This document shows positions 36,944 to 46,148 of a DNA stretch of 64,000 nt, piece after piece. The stretch's first letter is position 1; every line of letters begins with the position of its first letter. The DNA comes from an uncultured bacterium (GTDB taxonomy: Bacteria; Chloroflexota; UBA5177; JANWHV01), in NCBI GenBank assembly GCA_963827235.1, contig CAWHAE010000009.1, positions 800,001-864,000 of the forward strand. The letters are read 5' to 3'. The notes under the pieces were generated by a model. The model was not told where the DNA came from. It searched no databases and worked only from the letters and a program-made list of their open reading frames with translations. The position numbers and the translations under genes were made by a program.

Positions 36944-39916
36944 TCAGCCGGCCGGGTCAGTCTTGAGCGCCAGCGCGATGGCCTCGTTCAGCGCCATTTC
37001 CAGCCCCTCGGCCCAGGCCGCCTCGAACGTCTCATGCCCCAGTGTCGAGCGCATGATCTGCACCGCCTGCTCATGGTCATGGCGATCTGTAGACGGCACT
37101 GGTTGGCCAAGGACGTCCCGCTCCGCCTGAGCAGCCGCACCCAGCCACGCGGCCCGTCGCGACTGCCCCTGCGCCGCGGCCACCCAGGCCAGGCCTTCCA
37201 GCGCCTCGGCCAGGATGTGCCTGGCGCCGATGTCGCGGCTCAGAAGGAGGGCCTCCTCGAACAGCGCCGCCGCCCGCTCGTAGTCGCCCTGTGCGGACGC
37301 CACCAGCCCCAGGTTGTTGAGCGACTCGGCGATGCCGCGCTGGTCGTCCTGCTCACGCCGCAACGCAAGGCTTTCCCCTAGCAATGCTGCTGCCTGCTCG
37401 TACTGGCCCTGCCCACGCGCCGCCATCCCCCGGTTGTTGAGTGCGGTGGCGCAGCCCCACTGATCCCCCAGCGCGTGACACAGCTCCAATCCCTCGGCAT
37501 ACAGGGCATGCGCCTGCTCATACTCAGCCGCCTCATAGAGCGCATTCGCTACGTTGTTAAGCGAGCTAGAAATGCCCCCGGCATCGCCCAGCTCGCGCCG
37601 CAGCGCCAGAGCCTCCTGGTGCAGGGCCAGCGCGATCCGATACTCACCCTGACGCATCGCCAGGTTTCCGGCGCCGTTCAGCGCTCGAGCACGGGTAGCA
37701 GGCGAGCCCAGGCCGCCGGCGAGCGTCTCCTCCAGCCAGCGCCGCCCTTCGCCCAGATAGCCGCGGGTCTCCCAGAACCACGAGAGCGACGACGCCAGGC
37801 GCTGCCCCTCCACTGCCATCGCTCGCTTTCGCGCCCAGATCAGAGCTGCCCGCAGGTTATCGTGCTCCTGTTCCAGCCGATCCAGCCATGATCCCTGCTC
37901 AGCGCCGCGCAGCGCCGCGCCCGCCTGCTCCGCCAGAGCCAGAAAGTGCATCAGGTGCAGGTCGCGGGTGGCGGCCTCCTCACCTGCAGCCTCGAACCGC
38001 TCCCAAGCGTACCGGCGCACCGTCTCCAGTAGCCGGTAGCGGACCGCTCCCTCGCCCGACTCGTCCACGTGCACCAGCGAGCGGTTCACGAGCCCGTCGA
38101 GCCCATCCATCACCGCCCACGATTCCATCCCCTCTCCCGCGCAGACCGCCTCCGCCGCCTCCAGCGTCCAGCCACCCGCGAACACCGAGAGCCGGCCGAG
38201 CAGCGTTCGCTCCGGCACGTCCAGCAGGTCCCAGCTCCAGTCCAGGGCGGCCCGCAGCGTCCGCTGCCGCGTGGGGAGGTCCCGCGAGCCGGTGCTCAGC
38301 AGCCGGAAGCGGTCATCCAGGCGGGCGGCGATCGCCTCCACGCTCATGCTGCCGACTCTCGCCGCGGCCAGCTCGATCGCCAGCGGCACGCCGTCCAGCC
38401 GGGCGCAGATCTCGGACACCGCCCGGGCATTGGCGGTGGTGAGGGCGAAGCTGTCCCGCCGCTCCTGCGCACGAGCCACGAACAGACGCACCGCCTCGTA
38501 GCTGCCCGCCAGCTCGGGCGAGGGTAGATGCTGGGGATCGGGAACGCTCAGTGAGGGGACCCGGTAGTGGTGCTCGCCGGCGACTCCCAGCGCCTCCCGG
38601 CTGGTTGCCAGGATGCGCAGCTCGGGCGCCGCCCGCAGCAGTGCACCGGCCAGCGCGGTGCAGGCCGCTAGGAGGTGCTCGCAGTTGTCCAGCACCAGCA
38701 GCATGCGCTTTCCTGAGCAACGATCGCTCACCGTCTGCAGAACCGGGCGGCTCAGCTCCTCATGCAGGCCCAGGGCCTGGGCCACCGCACCCGGCACCAG
38801 CCCGGGTTCGGCCAGCGGGGCCAGCTCCACCAGCCACACGCCATCGGGATAGGCAGCGAGGAGTCCCTCCCCAACCGCGAGGGCGAGCCGCGTCTTCCCC
38901 ACCCCGCCTGTGCCGACCAGCGTTACCATGCGATGGGCTGCGAGGAGCTCACGTACCCTGGCCCGAGCGTGCTCGCGCCCAACAAAAGTGGACAGGGTCG
39001 CGGGAAGGTTGTGTGGTGGACCGGCGACCGGGAGCATGACCTTTCCAGCCGTCACGTCCAACGCCGCCGAGTCGGAGGCCACCACGACCAGCTCTGGCCC
39101 ACCCATACTTGTCCGCACCAGCCAGGCGCGCACTGGACGCGCAATACCTTGCAGCGTCAGCTCTCCCCGATCCTGATAGCTCAGCCCCTCGATGCGACGG
39201 GCCGATCGTACCGCCGCGTCGCTGGCCAAGATCTCGCCTGGCTCCGCGCGCGCGCAGAGCTGCGCTGCCGTCGTGATCGCCTCCCCTCGATACGGGCCGG
39301 CCGCTATGACCGGCTCTCCCACATCCAGTCCCGCGCGGACACGCAGCGGCAACTCCGGCGTTGCCGCATCGGCACACCGGGCCAGCAGCCGTGTCGCGGC
39401 GTGCAGCGCCGCGCGTCCCGAGGTGAAGGCGGCCAGCACCTCGCTGCCCCGTACCTCAATCACGTGCCCACCCTCGGCCGTCGCAGCCTCCTCGACGATC
39501 TCGCCAAAGCGCAGGGCCATGGCCGTGTGGGACGCGTCTCCGTGCAGCGGAGTGAAGGTGGTGGCGGCACGCGCTTCGACCAGCAGCACCGCGAGCATCC
39601 CTGCCGGTAGCGCGGAGAGGACGCCGGCCGGCGATGAAGACACTCCGCTCGGGGCGGATGCGGATGGGGGAGTGACATCGGACCGGACAGACTGTATCAA
39701 CGCCCCACGCTGGTGGGGCGTGAGGGCCAGAGCCTCAGCCAGGCGGATCAGCGTGCCCGGATACGGACGATGCTTGCCGCGCTCCAGATAGAGGAGGCCC
39801 CGCGGGCTCAGCCCCGCGCGCTCGGCGAGGGCCTCCTGTGATAGGCCGGCGGCCTCTCGATAGCGCCGAATGAGGTCACCACAGGCGCTGTAAGTCCCGG
39901 AGGGCTGCCCGGACAT
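36944..39916 (-). CDS. XRE-HTH + degenerate class III cyclase-like domain + STAND ATPase + TPR protein
   Basis: GLSQEALAERAGLS…LERG; RVRAGLDVGE…AAQLCA..PGEILAS cyclase-fold motifs; GTGGVGKT, LLVLDNCEH, GVPLAIELAAA; TPR array. Confidence 0.9.
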   Translation of the reverse strand: MSGQPSGTYSACGDLIRRYREAAGLSQEALAERAGLSPRGLLYLERGKHRPYPGTLIRLAEALALTPHQRGALIQSVRSDVTPPSASAPSGVSSSPAGVLSALPAGMLAVLLVEARAATTFTPLHGDASHTAMALRFGEIVEEAATAEGGHVIEVRGSEVLAAFTSGRAALHAATRLLARCADAATPELPLRVRAGLDVGEPVIAAGPYRGEAITTAAQLCARAEPGEILASDAAVRSARRIEGLSYQDRGELTLQGIARPVRAWLVRTSMGGPELVVVASDSAALDVTAGKVMLPVAGPPHNLPATLSTFVGREHARARVRELLAAHRMVTLVGTGGVGKTRLALAVGEGLLAAYPDGVWLVELAPLAEPGLVPGAVAQALGLHEELSRPVLQTVSDRCSGKRMLLVLDNCEHLLAACTALAGALLRAAPELRILATSREALGVAGEHHYRVPSLSVPDPQHLPSPELAGSYEAVRLFVARAQERRDSFALTTANARAVSEICARLDGVPLAIELAAARVGSMSVEAIAARLDDRFRLLSTGSRDLPTRQRTLRAALDWSWDLLDVPERTLLGRLSVFAGGWTLEAAEAVCAGEGMESWAVMDGLDGLVNRSLVHVDESGEGAVRYRLLETVRRYAWERFEAAGEEAATRDLHLMHFLALAEQAGAALRGAEQGSWLDRLEQEHDNLRAALIWARKRAMAVEGQRLASSLSWFWETRGYLGEGRRWLEETLAGGLGSPATRARALNGAGNLAMRQGEYRIALALHQEALALRRELGDAGGISSSLNNVANALYEAAEYEQAHALYAEGLELCHALGDQWGCATALNNRGMAARGQGQYEQAAALLGESLALRREQDDQRGIAESLNNLGLVASAQGDYERAAALFEEALLLSRDIGARHILAEALEGLAWVAAAQGQSRRAAWLGAAAQAERDVLGQPVPSTDRHDHEQAVQIMRSTLGHETFEAAWAEGLEMALNEAIALALKTDPAG

Positions 39917-40547
39917 TATCCCTCCTGATGCCAGCGCTACTCGAAGCAAAGCAGTCATTCCCGGATATATCTCATCATATCACGCTCATCAATAAGGAAC
40001 GCTCGCTGTGCCCCGGGCGTACATACAGCCCCGAGGCCGGTACCCGTTTCTGTACAACCCATCCTGAGCTTTGGCGTTGCCGGCTCTGGGGCTGCCCCTG
40101 TACGTGCTCGCACGCGCAGCCGGCATACGTGCCGTCCGCAGTGCATGGAGTGACAGTGCGGCAAGAGTGCGGCAACTGTGCGGGATCTCTTCATGGTGGG
40201 CCGTATCCTGCTAGCCCAGAATGGAGATTGTGAGCCGCAGTGAAGCGGTTCGGACTGTGGAGAAGGGTGCCTACTCGCGGGCGGAGGAGGTACATGCCGC
40301 GGCACGAGAGAAAGACGAGAAGAGGCCCGTTGCGCGTGCCTACGATGAGCAGGACCTCAGGAAGGTCTTGGCGAAATCGGGATAAGGTGCGACAGCGCAC
40401 CCAACGAGCTGTCAGCACATGCGGGCATTTGGCTGCCGGGGCGGACCCGCTCTGACACCGTGGCTTGAGGGTGAAGGACGCGCGATTGCAGCCAGTACGC
40501 CGCCCCGGTCCACGCCGGGGGGTGAAGACCACGGTCAGTGAAAAGGA

Positions 40548-40829
40548 ATGGAAGCTATGGCCATGCTACTTGTTTGTCATCAGGTCAGAGACTATCGCGC
40601 CTGGCGGCGCGTGTACGACGAGGTCGGGCCGTTGCAGAAGGCTGGCGGAGTGACCGCCGAAAGCGTCTACCAGTCCAAAGACGATCCGAACACCGTGCTG
40701 GTTCTGCACAGCTTCGCCACGATGGCGGCTGCCGAGGCGTTCGCGGCCAATCCGGCGTTGCGCGAGGCCATGCAGAAGGGCGGGGTGGAAGGCGCGCCGC
40801 GGGTAGAGTTCTTCGAGGACGCGCCCTGA
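40548..40829 (+). CDS. Small dimeric alpha-beta-barrel-like hypothetical protein
   Basis: H.V.DY..W…DDPNTVLVLH.F…A.AF…LREAMQ.GGV; AAAAGGA RBS. Start may be 40557. Confidence 0.75.
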   Translation: MEAMAMLLVCHQVRDYRAWRRVYDEVGPLQKAGGVTAESVYQSKDDPNTVLVLHSFATMAAAEAFAANPALREAMQKGGVEGAPRVEFFEDAP

Positions 40830-40946
40830 GCGTCGCGCACGTTGCCCGACGCGGGGCAGCAGGCAGCCCTATAGCACTCGATGCCAGAGTTCGTTCCCTG
40901 AGATGAGTCGCGGGTTTCCCGCGACATGGCGCTGGGAGGTCATCCT

Positions 40947-41381
40947 ATGACAACAGAAGACGAGGTCCGGCAAGCATCCGATCGGTTCTATGCTGCGTTG
41001 AGCCGTATGGCCAACGGCGATGCCGGCGCAATGAGCGCGATCTGGGCGCATGGCGGGGATGTGACCGCTTTGCACCCGATCGGGGAGCGGGGGGAAGGCT
41101 GGGAGCAGGTACGGCCCCAGTTCGAGCAGGTAGGATCGCTCGCCAGCGGGGGACAGGTTCGGCTGCGCGACCAGTTGATCCGCGTGGGTACGGATCTGGC
41201 CTACGAGGTCGGCGTGGAGGATGGGGAGTTGACACTGGCCGGCGAGCGGGTCGCCATCAACCAGCGCGTTACCAACATCTACCGCCGTGAGGGTGGGGAG
41301 TGGAAGATGGTCCACCACCATTCCGATATCTCACCGGCGATGAACGACCTGGTCAGCCGCCTCCGGCCTCCACAACAGTAG
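40947..41381 (+). CDS. NTF2/SnoaL-like family protein
   Basis: RFYAAL, GWEQV, RVTNIYRREGGEWKMVHHH. Confidence 0.88.
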   Translation: MTTEDEVRQASDRFYAALSRMANGDAGAMSAIWAHGGDVTALHPIGERGEGWEQVRPQFEQVGSLASGGQVRLRDQLIRVGTDLAYEVGVEDGELTLAGERVAINQRVTNIYRREGGEWKMVHHHSDISPAMNDLVSRLRPPQQ

Positions 41382-41430
41382 CGGGAGAGAGCAGACGTTC
41401 ATAGCCAAGAAGCACAAGGGGAAAAGACCA

Positions 41431-42030
41431 ATGACCGGACCATCCAAGGATGCAACTATCGCGTGGCCAACGCTCCACCACGTGAATCTGAAGACGATGC
41501 GCATGGAGGAGATGATCTCTTGGTACGGAACGGTCGTGGGCATGCGGCCGAACTTTCAGAGTCCCGGCATTTCCTTCCTGACCAATGACGCAGCAAACCA
41601 CCGACTGGCGTTGATGGCGATGCCTCATTTCGAGGACCATCCGCAGAAGCTTCGGCACACCGGCATGCATCACCTGGCGTTCGAGTTCCGGACGATGCAA
41701 GACCTGCTTGATACCTTCACCCGTCTGCAGGAACAAGGGATACGGCCGCACGCCTGTCTTGACCATGGCCTGACGACCTCCTTTTACTACGCTGACCCCG
41801 ACGGTAACAGCGTGGAGCTCCAGGTGGACAACTATGGCGACTGGGCGAAGTCTTCCGCGTTCGTGCGTATGGATCCTGCCTTCGCGGCGAATCCGATCGG
41901 GGTCAGCATCGATCCAGACCAACTGATCGCCGCGCGCGCTGGTGGAGCTTCCCCGGACACGATCCACCGGCAGGCCTATAGCGGCGCGTTCGACCCGGGA
42001 ACTGCACTCGACCTCCGGGTCGGTCTCTAG
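41431..42030 (+). CDS. VOC family (extradiol dioxygenase-like) protein
   Basis: LHHVNLKT, NHRLAL, GMHHLAF, DHG.T.S.YY.DPDGNSVELQVD. Confidence 0.88.
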   Translation: MTGPSKDATIAWPTLHHVNLKTMRMEEMISWYGTVVGMRPNFQSPGISFLTNDAANHRLALMAMPHFEDHPQKLRHTGMHHLAFEFRTMQDLLDTFTRLQEQGIRPHACLDHGLTTSFYYADPDGNSVELQVDNYGDWAKSSAFVRMDPAFAANPIGVSIDPDQLIAARAGGASPDTIHRQAYSGAFDPGTALDLRVGL

Positions 42031-42309
42031 CGTCAAAGGCCTGCGGAGCGCGGCGTCCAGACGCGACGCTGCGTGTGTGCACGTGCATTCTGAGCCGTAT
42101 TGCGAGCAGGTGCAGCCCCAGTTCGGACAGGTAAGCTCAGTATGGGCTTAACCCAGGCGCGGAATTGCATTCGAGCGGATGATGGCAACTAGACTCGTGG
42201 GACCAGTAGTAACCACACTTTTCCCGCTATCGCTTGACCTTCCGGCGGGGCTCTATTCGGCACCACAAACGAGGCAGAAGTAACCTATCATCCGGCCCGG
42301 AGTCTCGGA

Positions 42310-42987
42310 TCAGGTGCGCAAGTTCCCTCTGGCCTCAAAGCTTGCCGCTCGTATATGTGAGGCATGCAGCAGCTCGGGTGGCACGACCTTAGGTCCTCCG
42401 ATGGATCCGGCGAGGATGGCGACCTGCGCCGCTTCCTCGACGATCACATTCATCTGCACGGCCATGGCTGGAGTGGTGTGAAAGCACAGCACGCCGTGGT
42501 TGGCCAGGAGGACGGCGCGCGTCCTGGCCGTGAGGGCGGCCCGGATGTTCTGCACCGCCTGCTCGGAGCCGCGAGCACCGTACGGTGCCAGCGGCACGCC
42601 ATCCTCCAGGCCAAAGATGCCGAATGCCTCGGTCCAGCCCTCGATCGGCCGGTTGGCTACCGCAAAGGCAGTCGCGAACGGCGAATGGGTGTGCAGCACA
42701 CAGCCGGTATCAGGACGTTCCTGATAGATGGCTGTGTGCATGGGGATGACGGCGGCAGCTATCGGTGGCACCTCGCCCTCCAAAATGCTGCCGTCAAGAT
42801 GCAGGCGCACGATGCTCGAGTCCTGGAAACCGTTGAGAGTCGATGCCGTGGTGTAGAGAATCTCGTCGCGTTCCGGCACGCGGACGCTGATGTTGCCGTG
42901 TCCGGACATGGAAATCGCCCCGCTCCGCACAATGGCCTGCGCTGTCTCAACCAACTGGGCATACAGCACGCGAATATCTGGCGGCAT
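42310..42987 (-). CDS. Class II aldolase/adducin family protein
   Basis: GNISVR, HTAIY, LHTHSP, LLANHG zinc-binding motifs. Confidence 0.9.
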   Translation of the reverse strand: MPPDIRVLYAQLVETAQAIVRSGAISMSGHGNISVRVPERDEILYTTASTLNGFQDSSIVRLHLDGSILEGEVPPIAAAVIPMHTAIYQERPDTGCVLHTHSPFATAFAVANRPIEGWTEAFGIFGLEDGVPLAPYGARGSEQAVQNIRAALTARTRAVLLANHGVLCFHTTPAMAVQMNVIVEEAAQVAILAGSIGGPKVVPPELLHASHIRAASFEARGNLRT

Positions 42988-42993
42988 AGATCC

Positions 42994-43155
42994 TCATCCC
43001 TTGTCTACCACGCAACCCCCGGCCGCGATCGGCTCGCCTTTCAGTTGCGACAAGGATCGTAGCGCATGGCACGATAGGAAGCTTCCTGCGAGCTTGTCAT
43101 CGACGAATGCGGCTTCGCCGCGTTCCCAGCTCACATCCACGAAGTGCTTCGCCAT
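42994..43155 (-). pseudogene. Internally deleted, truncated OsmC paralogue (53 codons)
   Basis: MAKHFVDVSWERGEAAFVDDK…FLSCHAL…CVVDK aligns with VAEYAVDVTWERGEAVFVDNK…LSSCHML…FVVDR of 36286..36765. Confidence 0.7.
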
Positions 43156-43439
43156 CGATTTCGCCGCGGGATCTCGTGCATCGATCCGAGCTCAGCGCGC
43201 CGCCGAATACTGGCGGGCTGGCGCGCCGAGCCTGTCTCCGCCAGCGAGAATAAGCACAGGCGGGGCCACCCGAGGATGCCCGCGCTCGATGCCAGGCAGA
43301 ACGGCGAAGCAAGACCGATCGGGGGGTGGCGCGAGGATGCATGCACTGCCACAATAGACGCTGCTCGTGCAGGAAATGTATCATGTGCCGGGCACCTTAT
43401 GCGATGCGTCTACTCGTAGCCTGCCAGGAGGTTCTCCCG

Positions 43440-43712
43440 ATGCTTCACGCGAAACGCCGCGCCTACTATGGCGCGTGTGAGCAGTACCTGCAGACGCCGT
43501 CTCTCGCCCTTGCCAGGCAGCTGCATGGCCATGCCGAGGAAGTACGCGTGGGCTTCGTCGAGGCAGGCGACGGCGACAACGCCTCACTGTGGGCGCACAA
43601 CGTCGCCTACTGGCTCGACGTGCTGCATCGGGCAGGCATCTTTCCCTCCCCTCGCCCCGCGCCTGCCGCGCCGCTGGCGATGGCGAGCGCGGCGGAGCTG
43701 GATGCATCCTGA
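43440..43712 (+). CDS. Small hypothetical protein (90 aa)
   Basis: CAGGAGG RBS before ATG 43440; coding-like codon usage; no recognisable motif. Confidence 0.55.
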   Translation: MLHAKRRAYYGACEQYLQTPSLALARQLHGHAEEVRVGFVEAGDGDNASLWAHNVAYWLDVLHRAGIFPSPRPAPAAPLAMASAAELDAS

Positions 43713-43740
43713 ACCGCTCCAAAGGAGAAGTCCACACCCT

Positions 43741-43766
43741 GTAGGGGCGTGCGCGCCGCGCCCTCC
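43741..43766 (+). repeat. GTAG-type REP-like hairpin between convergent genes
   Basis: GTAG followed by a GGGCGTG…CGCGCCC stem. Confidence 0.3.
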
Positions 43767-43838
43767 TTCCGGCGGCTCCTGCCTCGAGAGTCCGCCGGCA
43801 CGGGAGAATTCGCCACATGCCCGGCTGAATCCCCGGGG

Positions 43839-44582
43839 TTACTGCTTGGTGATCGTCCAGCCGCCGTCGACCACGAGAGCAGCGCCGGTGACGTACGAGG
43901 CATCAGCGGAGGCCAGGAAGCAGGCAACCGCTGCGACCTCCTCGGGCCTGCCGATACGCCTGGCCACCAGGTGCCGCTCGAACTCAGCGCGTGTCTCCGG
44001 GGTGAATGCCGACGCCGGCGTGTCGATCGCGCCCGGCAATACCGCGTTGACCCGGACCTCCGGGCCGTATTCCACGGCCAGCTGGCGCGTCAACGCACAT
44101 ATGGCGCCCTTTGCGGCAGCGTACGCCGGGTGACCAGCCACGCCGACGAGCGCGTGCACCGACGAGATGTTCACCATCGAACCGCCTGAGCTCTGCAGCG
44201 CCGGCATACAGACCCGCACCGACAGATACACCTGTTTCAGGCAGACGGCGATCTGCCGATCCCAGGCATCTTCAGGCAGCTCGTGCGCCGGAGCAGTGAC
44301 CAGCGTGTAGGCATTGTTGACCACGATGTCGAGGCACCCAAAGCGTGTGAGCACGCGGGCACCAAGCGCCTGCCAGTCCTGCATCGTGGCGACGTCGCAG
44401 TGCCGGTAGATCGCCTCGTGGCCCCGCCCGACGAGCTCACGGACCAGCGCCTCACCCTGCTCGTCCCGTACGTCCGCCACGACGACCCGTGCCCCCTCCG
44501 ATGCCAGTCGCCGTGCGGTGGCGGCGCCGATGCCGCTGGCCGCGCCGGTAACGATGGCGACCTTCTCTTCGAATTGCGACAC
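43839..44582 (-). CDS. SDR family oxidoreductase
   Basis: TGAASGIG, NNA, NISS, YAAAK, VDGG. Confidence 0.93.
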   Translation of the reverse strand: MSQFEEKVAIVTGAASGIGAATARRLASEGARVVVADVRDEQGEALVRELVGRGHEAIYRHCDVATMQDWQALGARVLTRFGCLDIVVNNAYTLVTAPAHELPEDAWDRQIAVCLKQVYLSVRVCMPALQSSGGSMVNISSVHALVGVAGHPAYAAAKGAICALTRQLAVEYGPEVRVNAVLPGAIDTPASAFTPETRAEFERHLVARRIGRPEEVAAVACFLASADASYVTGAALVVDGGWTITKQ

Positions 44583-44706
44583 GGCTCGTCCTTCTCAACC
44601 CCTTCGGCACATCGCGGCAGTAGCGCAGCAGTCCGCGAAGCCGCAAAACGGCCCGTGGCGGTGCCGCGCTTCCGGCCCAGGCCGGGACCCCACCGGATTG
44701 GTGCGT

Positions 44707-45894
44707 TCAGCGCGCCCGTGCGCTCCTGCTACCCTCCGTCGCCGTTCTCGGCAAGGCGCCGAGCCCGCCGTCATTGGGCGACAACGGATATCCGCCATAC
44801 TCCTCGACCAGCTCGCTGACACGCTCGACACGCTCGATGAGCGTCAACGGCATTGCATTGTCCGCGATGCCAAGAATGAAGGCGTCACCCGGCGCCACAG
44901 TCCGGAATATGCCGCGGACGTACTCCTCGAATTGCTCCTCGGGCGTCGTGGCCTCCAATAGAGTCGATGGCAAGGCTCCCCAGATAATCACGTCGTTGCC
45001 CCATGCTGCGCGGGCCTGTGCGAGCGTACAGCGTACCATCGGCTGGGTGGTAAAGCATTCTGCCATGTCAAAGCCCGCATCCCTGACATGCGGCAGGATC
45101 AAGCGCGAGTCGTTGTCGGCATGAAACGCCAGCGACTTGCCATGGGCATGCAGGATGGCCGAGAACTCGCGGTAGTACGGCTCGATGTACTGAGCAAAGA
45201 GGCGGGGCGGCGTGAGCTGGGAATCGAAGTGCACGCCGTGCAAGATCAGGCGCGCCTCGGAGCCGGCGACGACCGGCCACAGCCGCTCGCGGTCGCAGTC
45301 GGTCATGACCCGCAACAGTCGCTCGACGCGGTGCGGCCGGTCGAACAGCTCGAGATGGCCCTGCTGATAGCCGGCCAGGCTCATCAGGAAGCAGTGGAAG
45401 GGGCAGTCGCCTGCATCTACCAACGGCAGGCCGTCCTCGCCAATGCCGGCATCATAGGCGCGATAGGCCTCGGGCATGGGATCGTAGTAGGTATGCTCCG
45501 CCACGTATTCCCAGACGTCGTAGTCGCGCTCGCCTTTGATAGGGTACTCCACGTCGAGCCCATCGTCCGCGTAGCCGACCAGCGACTCAGCGAGCTCGAC
45601 ACGTCTGGACACGGTGCCGAATGGGGTCACGTAGCGCGTGGTCGAAACTCGTCCCTCGCGCTTGGTGACGATCTCCACGCCCTCGTAGCGCACCGCGAAG
45701 ATGCGCCCATCACGAGCGGGAGTGCCCACTCTCAGGGCATGTTCGACGTCGCGCAGCGTCATGCCTGCGAATCGCGCCGGCATGGTGCCTTCAGCACGAC
45801 GTGCGTTGTACCAGAGCTGCAGACGCGGAATCCAGGGGATACGGTCGGGGCTCTTGCCGTCGAGAATGGCAAGCAGCCGCCGGCGATTCGTCAT
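44707..45894 (-). CDS. Uroporphyrinogen decarboxylase / MtaA-CmuA-like family protein
   Basis: MT.R.RLLA.L.G..PDRIPW, TPFG, F..YI.PYY, H.D, IWGA, FILGIAD. Lacks HemE-specific signatures. Confidence 0.75.
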   Translation of the reverse strand: MTNRRRLLAILDGKSPDRIPWIPRLQLWYNARRAEGTMPARFAGMTLRDVEHALRVGTPARDGRIFAVRYEGVEIVTKREGRVSTTRYVTPFGTVSRRVELAESLVGYADDGLDVEYPIKGERDYDVWEYVAEHTYYDPMPEAYRAYDAGIGEDGLPLVDAGDCPFHCFLMSLAGYQQGHLELFDRPHRVERLLRVMTDCDRERLWPVVAGSEARLILHGVHFDSQLTPPRLFAQYIEPYYREFSAILHAHGKSLAFHADNDSRLILPHVRDAGFDMAECFTTQPMVRCTLAQARAAWGNDVIIWGALPSTLLEATTPEEQFEEYVRGIFRTVAPGDAFILGIADNAMPLTLIERVERVSELVEEYGGYPLSPNDGGLGALPRTATEGSRSARAR

Positions 45895-45930
45895 CACCAC
45901 GCCACCTCTTTGCGAGACGCCGTAACAGGA

Positions 45931-45955
45931 CACTGTTCGCACTGTTAACAGTCTA
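45931..45955 (-). promoter_or_regulatory. Candidate operator/-10 for the URO-D-like/SDR unit
   Basis: Palindrome ACTGTTAACAGT (45941-45952), tandem AACAGTG repeats and an overlapping TAGACT -10. Confidence 0.4.
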
Positions 45956-46148
45956 CGGCATCGCTGGTCCCGGACGCACAGGAGTACACGTCGCAGTCGC
46001 TCACTGCGCCGGGCGATTTCCGCTGGGGAAGAGGCTGGTGTAATATCGAACACTGTGTTGTACGCGCGCATGGAGCAGGACTATGCTGGTGCTGGATCGC
46101 CGGATGCCGGCAGGACCGGTGTCGTCGGGGCGACGCGTGGAGATGCCG

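Noticed and set aside
39975-40305. Small Cys/His-rich ORFs upstream of the HTH-STAND gene
   Set aside because: No RBS, poor codon bias and no coherent metal-binding motif.
42040-42148. Cys-rich minus-strand stretch (TCPNWGCTC…CTC), metallothionein-like
   Set aside because: An in-frame TAA lies immediately upstream, with no start codon or RBS.
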